From IMG/VR virus record IMGVR_UViG_3300032220_000751: a stretch of 64,000 bases of DNA; one strand, given 5' to 3'. The stretch comes from a virus. Taxonomy: Duplodnaviria; Heunggongvirae; Uroviricota; Caudoviricetes. The translations under genes and the position numbers were made by a program. Positions 8,135 to 16,324 of the stretch are shown here, in pieces; the stretch's first letter is position 1, and each line of letters opens with the position of its first letter. The notes beneath the pieces were generated by a model. That model worked only from the letters and a program-made list of their open reading frames with translations. It had not been told where the DNA came from and made no database searches.

Positions 8135-8712
8135 GCCAGGGTGGTGAAATCGGTAGACACAGCGGACTTATCGTCATGATTAATTCATGATATTGAGCAC
8201 CTTCGAAAAATGAGTCAGTAGTCTAGTGAGACAGCTAGAGCAGCAGCTGGGCGTAACGACTCAATCGAAAGACGTTGGTGAATCCTTTCAAATTCGGCGA
8301 ACACTAAACTTGAATGAATTGTGCCTGTCCGGGAACAGGGGAACAACACTTTAGTCCATTGTAATAGATGGTAAAGGTGCCAAGCGAAAGCATCCCAATT
8401 CAAGCATGTCAACGCCGAGCCAAGCCTAAACAAGAGATTACAGACTAAGACACTCTTGGGATTGTGATGTGTGCCGAAGTCGTGAATGTTTACGAGTTAG
8501 GATAGGCATAATCCATGGAAGGTGTAGAGACTATACGGAAGGGATCTAAGTTTGGCGTCACACTCCTATGTCGGGGGCTTCGTTCAAATATGATCAAGAC
8601 ATAGTCCAGACCACAAACAGCGTAAGCTGGTAGTGAAAACTATAGTGGTAAGAAAATCCGCCGCGTCAGTCTAATAAACGGCGTACGGGTTCGAGTCCCG
8701 TGCCTGGCACCA
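8135..8712 (+). tRNA. trnL: tRNA-Leu(UAA) split by a group I intron (exons 8135-8169 and 8653-8712)
   Basis: 5' exon GCCAGGGTGGTGAAATCGGTAGACACAGCGGACTT, 3' exon AAAATCCGC...ACGGGTTCGAGTCCCGTGCCTGGCACCA; spliced anticodon loop CTTAAAA, long variable arm, encoded CCA. Confidence 0.9.
8170..8652 (+). mobile_element. ORF-less group I intron (trnL-type core)
   Basis: P1 GACTTA/TGAGTC with U8169.G8212 wobble; P3 CCTTTC/GGAAGG; P4 TTCGGCG/CGCCGAG; P7 GACTAT/ATAGTC (R GTAGAGACTATA, S AAGACATAGTCC); terminal G8652. Confidence 0.9.
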
Positions 8713-8734
8713 TGAATTGCAGTAGTAAAAAACA

Positions 8735-8809
8735 AGTTACTCATGCAAGGTTCGAGTCCTTGAATGTTCTGAACTTTAATCGGTCAGAAATCCATTGAGA
8801 TGAGTAACT
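8735..8809 (+). ncRNA. tRNA-like RNA with T arm first (permuted, YrlA-like topology)
   Basis: 10-bp terminal stem AGTTACTCAT/ATGAGTAACT, T arm CAAGG-TTCGAGT-CCTTG, second stem AATG.TTCTGA/TCAGAA.CATT; no clear D arm. Confidence 0.5.
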
Positions 8810-8979
8810 AACCTAGTTAAACTTGCGGTGTATATCTAGGAAACATGCTCCTCTGAGTTAAGGGTGTTGTAATCGCTAGGTTGGGTTTAATTTTCATGTT
8901 TATACCAATCGGTAATTACGAAACCGCCTGTTTTTTAACCGGTTTACTTTATTAGTGCACGCGCAACGTATCTACTCCA

Positions 8980-9250
8980 TGGATGTAAATAGATGGAGTT
9001 GGAGAAATTGCCTGGTAGTTTACAGCGAGGTTAGGTCTCAAGGAGGTAGATTCTTCCTGAGTACCTTGACATGAGGCACTAGATGAGCAGGGTCGACTTC
9101 TCCACGGAAGTTCCCTCTCGTGGGAATCTGTCATTAGACGTGCTGAACTAATAGAGTGAACTGTCATTGTGATGCTTACGGGGACATCGGTAAAAACCCC
9201 TGCAATTACCAAGTGAGGCTCGCATGAAGTAATTAGACCCGAAACATCCA
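8980..9250 (+). ncRNA. Unassigned structured RNA with hammerhead-like junction elements
   Basis: TGGATGT(A)/GAAACATCCA, GGGTC 9090-94/GACCC 9236-40 abutting GAAA; core strand noncanonical. Confidence 0.3.
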
Positions 9251-9329
9251 AACCAAACAGTTGTAGTTTTAACCATTTTTCTATTCTAGTCAAATAGTAA
9301 ACGTGGATACGTAAGAGCGAACGGGTACA

Positions 9330-9414
9330 GATCAATTAGCCGGACCGTCAATCCGGAGAGTCCTAATTGATCAACAAGGGGGAGGGTGATCCACTAACGC
9401 CGCTTCATCCTCCC
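9330..9414 (+). ncRNA. Two strong hairpins 5' of the hammerhead
   Basis: GATCAATTAG/CTAATTGATC (9330-39/9363-72) and GGGAGGGTGA/TCATCCTCCC (9380-89/9405-14). Confidence 0.45.
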
Positions 9415-9423
9415 ACTTCTAAA

Positions 9424-9499
9424 CATTACTGACGAGCCGTTCAAGTCGGCATCAATGGGTGAAAGGCCCACGAAATCACAGTAGCATCGTGATCTAATG
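9424..9499 (+). ncRNA. Type I hammerhead ribozyme with branched stem II
   Basis: Stem I CATTA/TAATG, CTGACGA 9429-35, G9436-C9471, GAAA 9472-75, stem III ATCAC/GTGAT, cleavage triplet AUC ending at 9494. Confidence 0.65.
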
Positions 9500-10063
9500 A
9501 AGGGTAAAGTCTTACCCTCTACTGACTGCGCTTAGGCGTGGAGGTCGGTGAAGTTCTTGGAGGAGCCGCGAGGACACTATTCGTGACTGGATAGTGAACT
9601 ACCCGGTAGCTTGCCAAGAATGGCTACGCGCGCTTTGAATTTAAGCCCTCTCTGATCAATTGGGTTTAATCCTCAGACCGCGAAGTTGTAAGCGAAAGAA
9701 TCCTTACTTAAGGGCCAACCGAAAGGAAGCCGCGATGGGTAGGAAACATGGAAGAGTCTCCTTACGGGAGGTGGCCCCTAAAGTAGTACCATGTTGTGGA
9801 ACGTGGTGTTACCGATTTTCTCTAAGCCTTGAGTGGCAAGTGCCATGAGGTAAAGCTTCCATGTTTTTGATTCTAGTAGTAAGCAGCCTATAGTTTGTCA
9901 TCGCTTGCGTTTTTCGATTGACGCGGGATCACGCCTCAGATGGGCAAGTGTTGGTTGAAGCACCTACCACTTGCTCATTTGCGGCCTGGCTACTCCCTGC
10001 TGGCATGTCTCGGTCTAGTCAACTGAGTCGTCCTAGTATAGTGACTGGATGGTAAACTATGGG
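9500..10063 (+). ncRNA. Large unassigned multi-domain structured RNA
   Basis: TTCTTGG/CCAAGAA 9554-9620; 11-bp 9744-54/9856-66; 16-bp 9887-9902/10048-63; 13-bp 9938-50/9968-80; no credible ORF. Confidence 0.55.
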
Positions 10064-10085
10064 ATGTTTATTTAATGCATATTAA

Positions 10086-10121
10086 CCACATGGGGCTAGT
10101 CCTCATGTGGGTTTTATGCCC
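10086..10121 (+). terminator. Terminator closing the RNA island
   Basis: CCACATG/CATGTGG stem then GTTTTATGCCC. Confidence 0.65.
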
Positions 10122-10150
10122 TTAGTTTTCTTTTTGTTAATAAAGGAAGT

Positions 10151-10573
10151 GTGATGGATAAGTCTAAGTTTCCTGATAACTTCGATTTGTTTACTACGAT
10201 TGGGACGGTACGTCATCCTCCCCAAAGTCGTACCTCAGTGCTGGTATATGGGTTAAATCGTGACATTAATGATGGGATAAAACTTATTGAATCCTTGGAT
10301 AGTAATGACATGGTTGCCAAAATCTTTAATGACAATGGCGCTTTAATCTGGGAAGTAACCTATAGCGATAAAGTGATCGACTGGGCTGTAGAGACGTTGA
10401 TTCACTTGAGGGTGGTTCTGGTCAGGTCGCAGAAGTACATTGATACTGCATTCCCAGTTCGTGAGCAAGTACTCATGGATATAGTGGACTTCTTAAGCCT
10501 GGTGGCGTTCCGACGCAAATTCAGTGTGGAGATCCACATCTGTAAACAAAGGAAGAATGATGTACGAGAATAA
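10151..10573 (+). CDS. Hypothetical protein
   Basis: AAGGA RBS, 140 aa. Confidence 0.7.
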   Translation: MMDKSKFPDNFDLFTTIGTVRHPPQSRTSVLVYGLNRDINDGIKLIESLDSNDMVAKIFNDNGALIWEVTYSDKVIDWAVETLIHLRVVLVRSQKYIDTAFPVREQVLMDIVDFLSLVAFRRKFSVEIHICKQRKNDVRE

Positions 10574-11153
10574 AGGAACTAATACAGAGTTACGCAACCA
10601 GTGGGTCAAGCCTAATAAGATCATGCCTGCATCGATCCTGATCGATCTGTCGGATGCAGTTGATGCGTTCAGAACGGCATGTTGCGATACTCAATTGGCG
10701 GACAACTGGGATAATCCAGTCAATGATGAGATCAAGTGGGTGATGCCATTTATCTCCAAGGCACCGGCCGAGATCGATAAACTCATTGAACGATATCAAC
10801 CTCTCCAAGATCTCTACATGGAGACGAAGAAAGCGTTTGCGGTATTGGGTGAGGAAACTGCCGATCTCATCGCTAAGGCTCATTATGAACTCGCTGTGGC
10901 GATTTCTGATATCTTCAAAGAGTTGGAGTGCCATGATGAAGATGGAAACCTGCCATATCTGTTCGAGCGTCGTGTAACATCTGACGCATACCTCTTCATC
11001 ACTCCGGTATCTGCGACATGGGATCCTTTGTTGAAGTGGCAGTTCAAAGTACCAACGATCCAAACACGCGGTCGTATTCAATACAGCATCGGTAATTTGA
11101 TCATCCCTAAGGCGGGTGACGAAGTTGCCAACGAACAATTAATCGGAGAGTAG
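10557..11153 (+). CDS. Hypothetical protein
   Basis: ORF track 10524..11153; ATG 10557 after AAGGAAG. Confidence 0.75.
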   Translation: MMYENKGTNTELRNQWVKPNKIMPASILIDLSDAVDAFRTACCDTQLADNWDNPVNDEIKWVMPFISKAPAEIDKLIERYQPLQDLYMETKKAFAVLGEETADLIAKAHYELAVAISDIFKELECHDEDGNLPYLFERRVTSDAYLFITPVSATWDPLLKWQFKVPTIQTRGRIQYSIGNLIIPKAGDEVANEQLIGE

Positions 11154-11154
11154 G

Positions 11155-12006
11155 ATGGCTGAACGAAAGATAGACAAAGTAGTTATGCTGGATCTGGTCA
11201 ACCTTCCTGTGGAAGAAATGAAGACTGTCTTGATCCGGGAGCCATTCCCGGCTTATGATGAGGCTCAGTGGTATAAGCGTGAAGAAGGTATTCAAGGTCG
11301 TTCGGTGTCAGTGTTATTTGACTTTCGAGAAGCTGTCAACGGCATCAATATCTCCTTGGCCCCCCTAGGCATTGCTGTCAAGCCATTTGAACTGATCCAG
11401 TACCTCGCGCAGTACTGCAACGTCTACGACATTGAGGTTGATGAAATCACCTACATGTTGAATGAAGACATCAAGGCTATTCTGCACCGTTCAGGTCTGT
11501 TGCCTGAGATCACTGAGACACTCTCGTTGGATGATTGTAACTATGCCAACAAGGTCTGGGAATACTTCAATGCGGTTCGTCTGCAGATGATGGATGCTCT
11601 TGAAGAACTGGATGTTTGGACTGAGTCTGGTTATAACCCATACATTCCTGTCAAAGAGTATCCTGGCGGCTTGTATCTCTTTACATTGATCCCTCATGCT
11701 GTGGTGTACAAGAAGGCTTACAAACATCATGCGATCATTTCCACATCGAAAGCTAAACAGGATCACCCTGAATACGCAAACAGCTACAATGTGATCGAGT
11801 ATCGTCTGGTGAAAGATTCTCCACGCGCTCGTATTGCGACGCTGAAGGCTGAAATTGAAATACTCAACCATGAGCAACGTAAGCTTGAGAAAGAAGCTCT
11901 CAACAAATACAACGCTTCACGTCCTACGATAGATCTGCGTGATCCTTCGACGTGGACAAAAGAAATGCTGGAGCGTTATCCTGCCCACTGGCATGCCCGA
12001 GTATAA
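11155..12006 (+). CDS. Hypothetical protein
   Basis: 283 aa ORF, coupled to upstream gene. Confidence 0.8.
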   Translation: MAERKIDKVVMLDLVNLPVEEMKTVLIREPFPAYDEAQWYKREEGIQGRSVSVLFDFREAVNGINISLAPLGIAVKPFELIQYLAQYCNVYDIEVDEITYMLNEDIKAILHRSGLLPEITETLSLDDCNYANKVWEYFNAVRLQMMDALEELDVWTESGYNPYIPVKEYPGGLYLFTLIPHAVVYKKAYKHHAIISTSKAKQDHPEYANSYNVIEYRLVKDSPRARIATLKAEIEILNHEQRKLEKEALNKYNASRPTIDLRDPSTWTKEMLERYPAHWHARV

Positions 12007-12021
12007 AGCGAAAGGAACATA

Positions 12022-12582
12022 ATGGAATTCCATAAGACCGGAGGTCCAGGTGATATTGACCGAATGTACAAAATGTTTGACGAACTGAAGAACAAGGAAA
12101 AAGCCATTGTCTTACAAGCTCGGCCTGACATCCTTGATGTTCCTTATCAGTTCACGGTTACATTCGGTCATGGTGAATTTGATTTGCCAGAGATCATCTG
12201 CACCAGTCCAATGGATACAGCAGCACATGTTCCGTTCTTGGAACACGCTTTAGAGCACTGGCGTAAGCATCCTGCGTTGGTTGGTAAATCCATCGATGCT
12301 CATGAACTGTTGGGTACTGAGTACGGCGTCAATGCCGATAGCGACAGTATCACATTCAAGTTTGTGGAGTTTGATCTGGATCCAGATCACCCAGTGGCGC
12401 ATGTTTGGCATCAAGTTTATGTAGCTTATCGCAAATACATCAAAGCAGATAGCCTGACCTTCGGCATTCCTCGTTTTATGCAGATGGTCTTTGGTATCAA
12501 CGATCGCTATCCAGGCGAAGTTGGTGGTCCTCGGAACCTTAACAAAGATGGTTCTGTGTACCAGCCGTTGTTGTACGAATAA
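12022..12582 (+). CDS. DUF4262-like protein
   Basis: YQFTVTFGHGEFDLPEII...FMQMVFGINDRYPGE resembles DUF4262 (YTVGL..PEL...LQLVWPDxxGRFPW). Confidence 0.55.
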   Translation: MEFHKTGGPGDIDRMYKMFDELKNKEKAIVLQARPDILDVPYQFTVTFGHGEFDLPEIICTSPMDTAAHVPFLEHALEHWRKHPALVGKSIDAHELLGTEYGVNADSDSITFKFVEFDLDPDHPVAHVWHQVYVAYRKYIKADSLTFGIPRFMQMVFGINDRYPGEVGGPRNLNKDGSVYQPLLYE

Positions 12583-12645
12583 GTAGCACCCCGTCCAGGT
12601 ACCGTTCGCCGTATCTGGTTTAGTAACCTCCCTAGGAGTAGGATC

Positions 12646-13245
12646 ATGGAAGGCAAGAAGTTAATCGTGGAAGTCACTGCACGTATGCGTGTGGTGGCGC
12701 AAGTTAAAGGCCACGTATTGTTGGAACCTGAAGTCTTCAAGTTCAGTTTCGATCTGATGGAACGTGATGCTAAGATTTTTGGTGACTTAGTCGTCACCGA
12801 TGAATCCCATCGTCGTGCTTACAACCAGATCGTCACTGCATTAGCTGAGACGGAAACACGCGCACGTTTTGTCCAAGTTGTAATCGACCGTGTTCGCACG
12901 GATGTGTGGACCAAACGTCGCATTGGTGGTACGCAATGGAGCGTGGATGTCATGGATCTTTCCCGGTCCATGCCGGGTGACCCTCTGCGTCTTCTGGTAA
13001 ACAAGAAGAACCAGAAGCTCAAGCGCATTTGCAATGGTCGATTGTTTGCGCATGAGTGTAAGGTCGATGTCATGAAGTCGTCGGGTGTTAATGCTTCTGG
13101 TTTCTGCCAGAAGTGTTACTTCCCCGGCATCGAAGAGAAATACAAGAAGTACAAAGAAGATCGCACCAACGGCTTGTCTAGCCGTGAAGCTGCACAAAAC
13201 AACGGTTTCATTCCGTACCCCTTCGTCACTAAGGAAACAGCATGA
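12646..13245 (+). CDS. Hypothetical protein with C-terminal CxxC
   Basis: 199 aa, GFCQKCYF. Confidence 0.75.
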   Translation: MEGKKLIVEVTARMRVVAQVKGHVLLEPEVFKFSFDLMERDAKIFGDLVVTDESHRRAYNQIVTALAETETRARFVQVVIDRVRTDVWTKRRIGGTQWSVDVMDLSRSMPGDPLRLLVNKKNQKLKRICNGRLFAHECKVDVMKSSGVNASGFCQKCYFPGIEEKYKKYKEDRTNGLSSREAAQNNGFIPYPFVTKETA

Positions 13246-13586
13246 TCAGTTTTACTCCCGATATCGTCGAACGTGATTTCACGCCGGTGGCTGCTATCTG
13301 GCAAAAGAGCATGAACACGAAGTTGATTGACAAGCTCTTGGAAAGCAAACGTGGTCTTTACTTCACGTTCGATAATCAGGATCGTCTGGTGTTTTACCGT
13401 AATCATAGTCGTAACGGTAATACCTTCGATATCGTTCATCTGAAGGCATTGAAGTTCGCCCAGAGCAAAGCAACGAACTGGGTGATCAACAATGAGCAAG
13501 TCTTTTCGCATAACGACTATTCGAAGGCTGCTGAAGTCTTTATCAAGCGGTTGAATTCAAGAGACCCTGCAGCACCTTTGCATTAA
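13242..13586 (+). CDS. Hypothetical protein
   Basis: ATGA overlap, 114 aa. Confidence 0.75.
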   Translation: MISFTPDIVERDFTPVAAIWQKSMNTKLIDKLLESKRGLYFTFDNQDRLVFYRNHSRNGNTFDIVHLKALKFAQSKATNWVINNEQVFSHNDYSKAAEVFIKRLNSRDPAAPLH

Positions 13587-13588
13587 AA

Positions 13589-13631
13589 GGTCATAAATCC
13601 CACTACCTTAAAAGGTAGTGGGTAATGATCC
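13589..13631 (+). terminator. CATA-hairpin terminator-like element
   Basis: GGTCATAA, CCCACTACCT/AGGTAGTGGG, downstream T-rich tract. Confidence 0.65.
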
Positions 13632-13671
13632 CGTTCTTTCTTTTTTGTTAAAATTCCAATTACTTTCACAA

Positions 13672-13683
13672 ACATATCATCTA
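13672..13683 (+). promoter_or_regulatory. Early-promoter variant ACATATCATCTA
   Basis: Near match to ACATATCACTA in AT-rich intergenic region. Confidence 0.5.
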
Positions 13684-13730
13684 TTGGAGTAACGGAGTCA
13701 TAGCCAACTTTAAATAATAAGGAAACGACC

Positions 13731-14252
13731 ATGTCCGACCCAATTGAAGAGACCACCGTCAGCAGTGACGTGGCTCAGATGCGTGAAGATATCACGCAAT
13801 CCAAATACATGACCTACCGTAGCGACTTAGATGATAATGTTTACTACACTGTGGGCTTATCTCGCTACCTCGGTTTTGAACTGCTCATCAGTTTCTGTCA
13901 CGACTACCGTAGCTGCTATCAGTTACTGAACCAGCTGGCTGACCGTGCGCTGTACTGGTCTGAAATCAAACGCCACATCAAAGAGGGTCGCGTCGAAGGT
14001 TTCTTTGAAACAACAGATGGAATGCAGCTAGACTATCGTCCAGTCTACTTCCAATCCGTTGATCGTGACCTGTTCGATTGCTTAGCGGATGGCCGTCATT
14101 CTGAAGCTATGCCCGGTTCCAAAGAGTTTAAAGTTTATCAGGTTATCCTGCAAAGCTTTAACAATCAACTATTCCCATGGGAGGGTGGACCTTTCATTCC
14201 ATGGGAACCTGAGCAGCAGTTGGTCACTACCCCACCCCATGTGATGCATTAA
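13731..14252 (+). CDS. DUF4262-like protein
   Basis: VYYTVGLSRYLGFELLI...LLNQLA...YQVILQSFNNQLFPWEG. Confidence 0.6.
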   Translation: MSDPIEETTVSSDVAQMREDITQSKYMTYRSDLDDNVYYTVGLSRYLGFELLISFCHDYRSCYQLLNQLADRALYWSEIKRHIKEGRVEGFFETTDGMQLDYRPVYFQSVDRDLFDCLADGRHSEAMPGSKEFKVYQVILQSFNNQLFPWEGGPFIPWEPEQQLVTTPPHVMH

Positions 14253-14303
14253 GAAGTAATTGCGTGACGCGCTCTTACTAACAGCAAAATAAGGAGTAGT
14301 ATC

Positions 14304-14744
14304 ATGTCAGCATCAACGCAATGGAATCCTAACCACATCGGTTGGATGGATCGACCCACAGAACGTGATGAAACGTACCAGCGTAACATCCCTGTGACCG
14401 AACACAAAATGATTCGCCACACCAGTTACATGGAAGTGGCTAACCTTCTGAAAACGTCCGGATGTTCCAAGGACGAACCTTACTGGGACTGGACGGTTCT
14501 GGGTGTGGTGGAAACCAACAAAGGCATCCTCGTGCTGTCTCCTGGTGATTGGTTCAATGAATTCGATGACGGCAGCGTCTCGGTTTCCAAAGAACCGGTC
14601 TTCAAGGCTGAAGGTCGCAAGAAGTTAAGGCTGTCCAAAGATCCACTGCTCACCCAAGAGCAGATCGTCGACATCATGCTGTTAGTCGACAAAGGTGACC
14701 GTGAAGCCATTCGCGATCATCTGTTGAAATTATCTCGTGACTAA
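14304..14744 (+). CDS. Hypothetical protein (PGDY-like motif)
   Basis: AAGGAG RBS; VETNKGILVLSPGDWFNE. Confidence 0.75.
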   Translation: MSASTQWNPNHIGWMDRPTERDETYQRNIPVTEHKMIRHTSYMEVANLLKTSGCSKDEPYWDWTVLGVVETNKGILVLSPGDWFNEFDDGSVSVSKEPVFKAEGRKKLRLSKDPLLTQEQIVDIMLLVDKGDREAIRDHLLKLSRD

Positions 14745-14798
14745 TATGAAGGCCGCAACGCCTAAATAAACAAATCACGAAGATAAGGGGGGAGTGTT

Positions 14799-15233
14799 AT
14801 GAGTTACGCACATGGCTTCATTAGTAATGCTAATCGGGAATTGAGGGATTCCCTGTTAAATGAGTTAGCTGGTTACACACGTATGGAACATGGCTGGGAT
14901 GGTCCTGGTTCATATGCGCCCAGCATGCAAGCGTATTTAGCAGCAAGGAGCTTTATCATGCTGTTAAATGAGACGACAATCCATGGGGTTGAACTCTCGC
15001 TCGAAAACAATGGGACGTTCTCATTCGAATGGGATTCGGATGGGGTAACATTCTCCCACGTTCAAATCGGTAAAGAACGTGCGACTGCCTATGTAAGGAT
15101 GGTGTGGGACCCATCGCCAAATAAAATCAAATACTTTGATTGTCACGCAACAGACAAGAATGGATTTAAATCTGTTCTTGATGCTGTTAAATTGTCGATC
15201 ACTCAACGGGTGATTACGGCTAAATCTATTTAA
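14799..15233 (+). CDS. Hypothetical protein
   Basis: GGAG RBS; LNEL..GWDGPGSYAPS...FSFEW pattern common in phage hypotheticals. Confidence 0.75.
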   Translation: MSYAHGFISNANRELRDSLLNELAGYTRMEHGWDGPGSYAPSMQAYLAARSFIMLLNETTIHGVELSLENNGTFSFEWDSDGVTFSHVQIGKERATAYVRMVWDPSPNKIKYFDCHATDKNGFKSVLDAVKLSITQRVITAKSI

Positions 15234-15248
15234 TCTGAAGGATCTATA

Positions 15249-16316
15249 ATGACAGTTTTGTCTGACAAGGAAATTCGCGCACTGTGTGAGAAACCGGTGG
15301 CTTCTTACATGTTCATGCGCGATGTCACCAAGCGTAAGACGCACCTGCCACGTCGCAGCGAAGTTCGTCACCTCTATGGCAATCTGTCCATTGATGAGCA
15401 GAACGACATCATCATGGAACAGAAGAACAAAGAGGAATGGGATCAACATGTGTTCGTGGGTCCCAATGAAAACTTCCTGCCGATGATCGATCCATACGAA
15501 CCTGGTCAAGTCCGTGCTGTCAAGCCGTCTTTGAAGGACTTCGACATCGACAGGCAACTGGACTACATCTACGAGGTCGTGGAATGGGTCAAGAAGATCA
15601 CCGGGTTCGATGTAGTTGGTAAACTGCATGGCAACCGTCACAACATCGCGCGCGTCAATGAGGTGATGGACCTAAGCAATTCGGACATGGATAAGCTCCA
15701 GTTCTCGTTGGATCGCATCGGCGATGTTGCCAAGAATGCATTCCGTCGTGCAGACGGTGTATACCGTAATGTGCAGGAATTCGTCGATTACATCTGGGAT
15801 AATGTAATTCCTCAAGATTACTTCGAAGACAACATCGCCAACTACAGGAAGATCGTGTCTTACGGTACTTCTTCCTACGGCTATGACGTGCGTTGCGCCA
15901 ATGAGTTCAAGATCTTCACCAACGTGAACTCGACCATCATCGACCCCAAGAACTTCGATGAGAAATCCTTCGTGGACTTCAAGGGCGATGTCTGTATCAT
16001 TCCACCGAACTCGTTCGCACTGGCTCGCACAGTTGAACACTTCCGCATTCCGCGTGATGTGATCACCGTGTGCCTGGGTAAATCCACTTATGCCCGTTGC
16101 GGTATCATCGTCAACGTCACCCCCTTCGAACCTGAATGGGAAGGCTATGTGACTCTGGAGTTCTCCAACACCACTCCGCTGCCTGCCAAGATCTACGCCA
16201 ACGAAGGTTGTGCGCAGGTGCTGTTCTTGCAAGGCAATCAACCACCGGCTGTGTCGTATGCAGATCGCAAAGGTAAGTACCAAAAGCAATCTGGCGTCGT
16301 CACTCCCCGCATCTAA
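15249..16316 (+). CDS. dcd: dCTP deaminase with two N-terminal insertions
   Basis: [86 protein letters not shown]. Confidence 0.95.
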   Translation: MTVLSDKEIRALCEKPVASYMFMRDVTKRKTHLPRRSEVRHLYGNLSIDEQNDIIMEQKNKEEWDQHVFVGPNENFLPMIDPYEPGQVRAVKPSLKDFDIDRQLDYIYEVVEWVKKITGFDVVGKLHGNRHNIARVNEVMDLSNSDMDKLQFSLDRIGDVAKNAFRRADGVYRNVQEFVDYIWDNVIPQDYFEDNIANYRKIVSYGTSSYGYDVRCANEFKIFTNVNSTIIDPKNFDEKSFVDFKGDVCIIPPNSFALARTVEHFRIPRDVITVCLGKSTYARCGIIVNVTPFEPEWEGYVTLEFSNTTPLPAKIYANEGCAQVLFLQGNQPPAVSYADRKGKYQKQSGVVTPRI

Positions 16317-16324
16317 GGAAAGCT

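Noticed and set aside
9712-9733. SRP (4.5S) domain IV-like CCGAAAGGAAGC
   Set aside because: The 5' CAGG strand of the symmetric loop is missing and AGCAG reads AGCCG; RNase P (GAGGAAAGUCC) and tmRNA terminal motifs were also not found in the island
7942-9848. Short ORFs inside the RNA island (7942..8190, 8215..8433, 8952..9335, 9660..9848)
   Set aside because: Non-ATG starts, no RBS, atypical composition, and they overlap clear RNA structures (tRNA, intron core, helices)
15297-15845. Intein in dcd (also checked DnaB, SF2 helicase and RNAP subunit)
   Set aside because: No C/S-start, HN-C/S/T end or LAGLIDADG blocks seen
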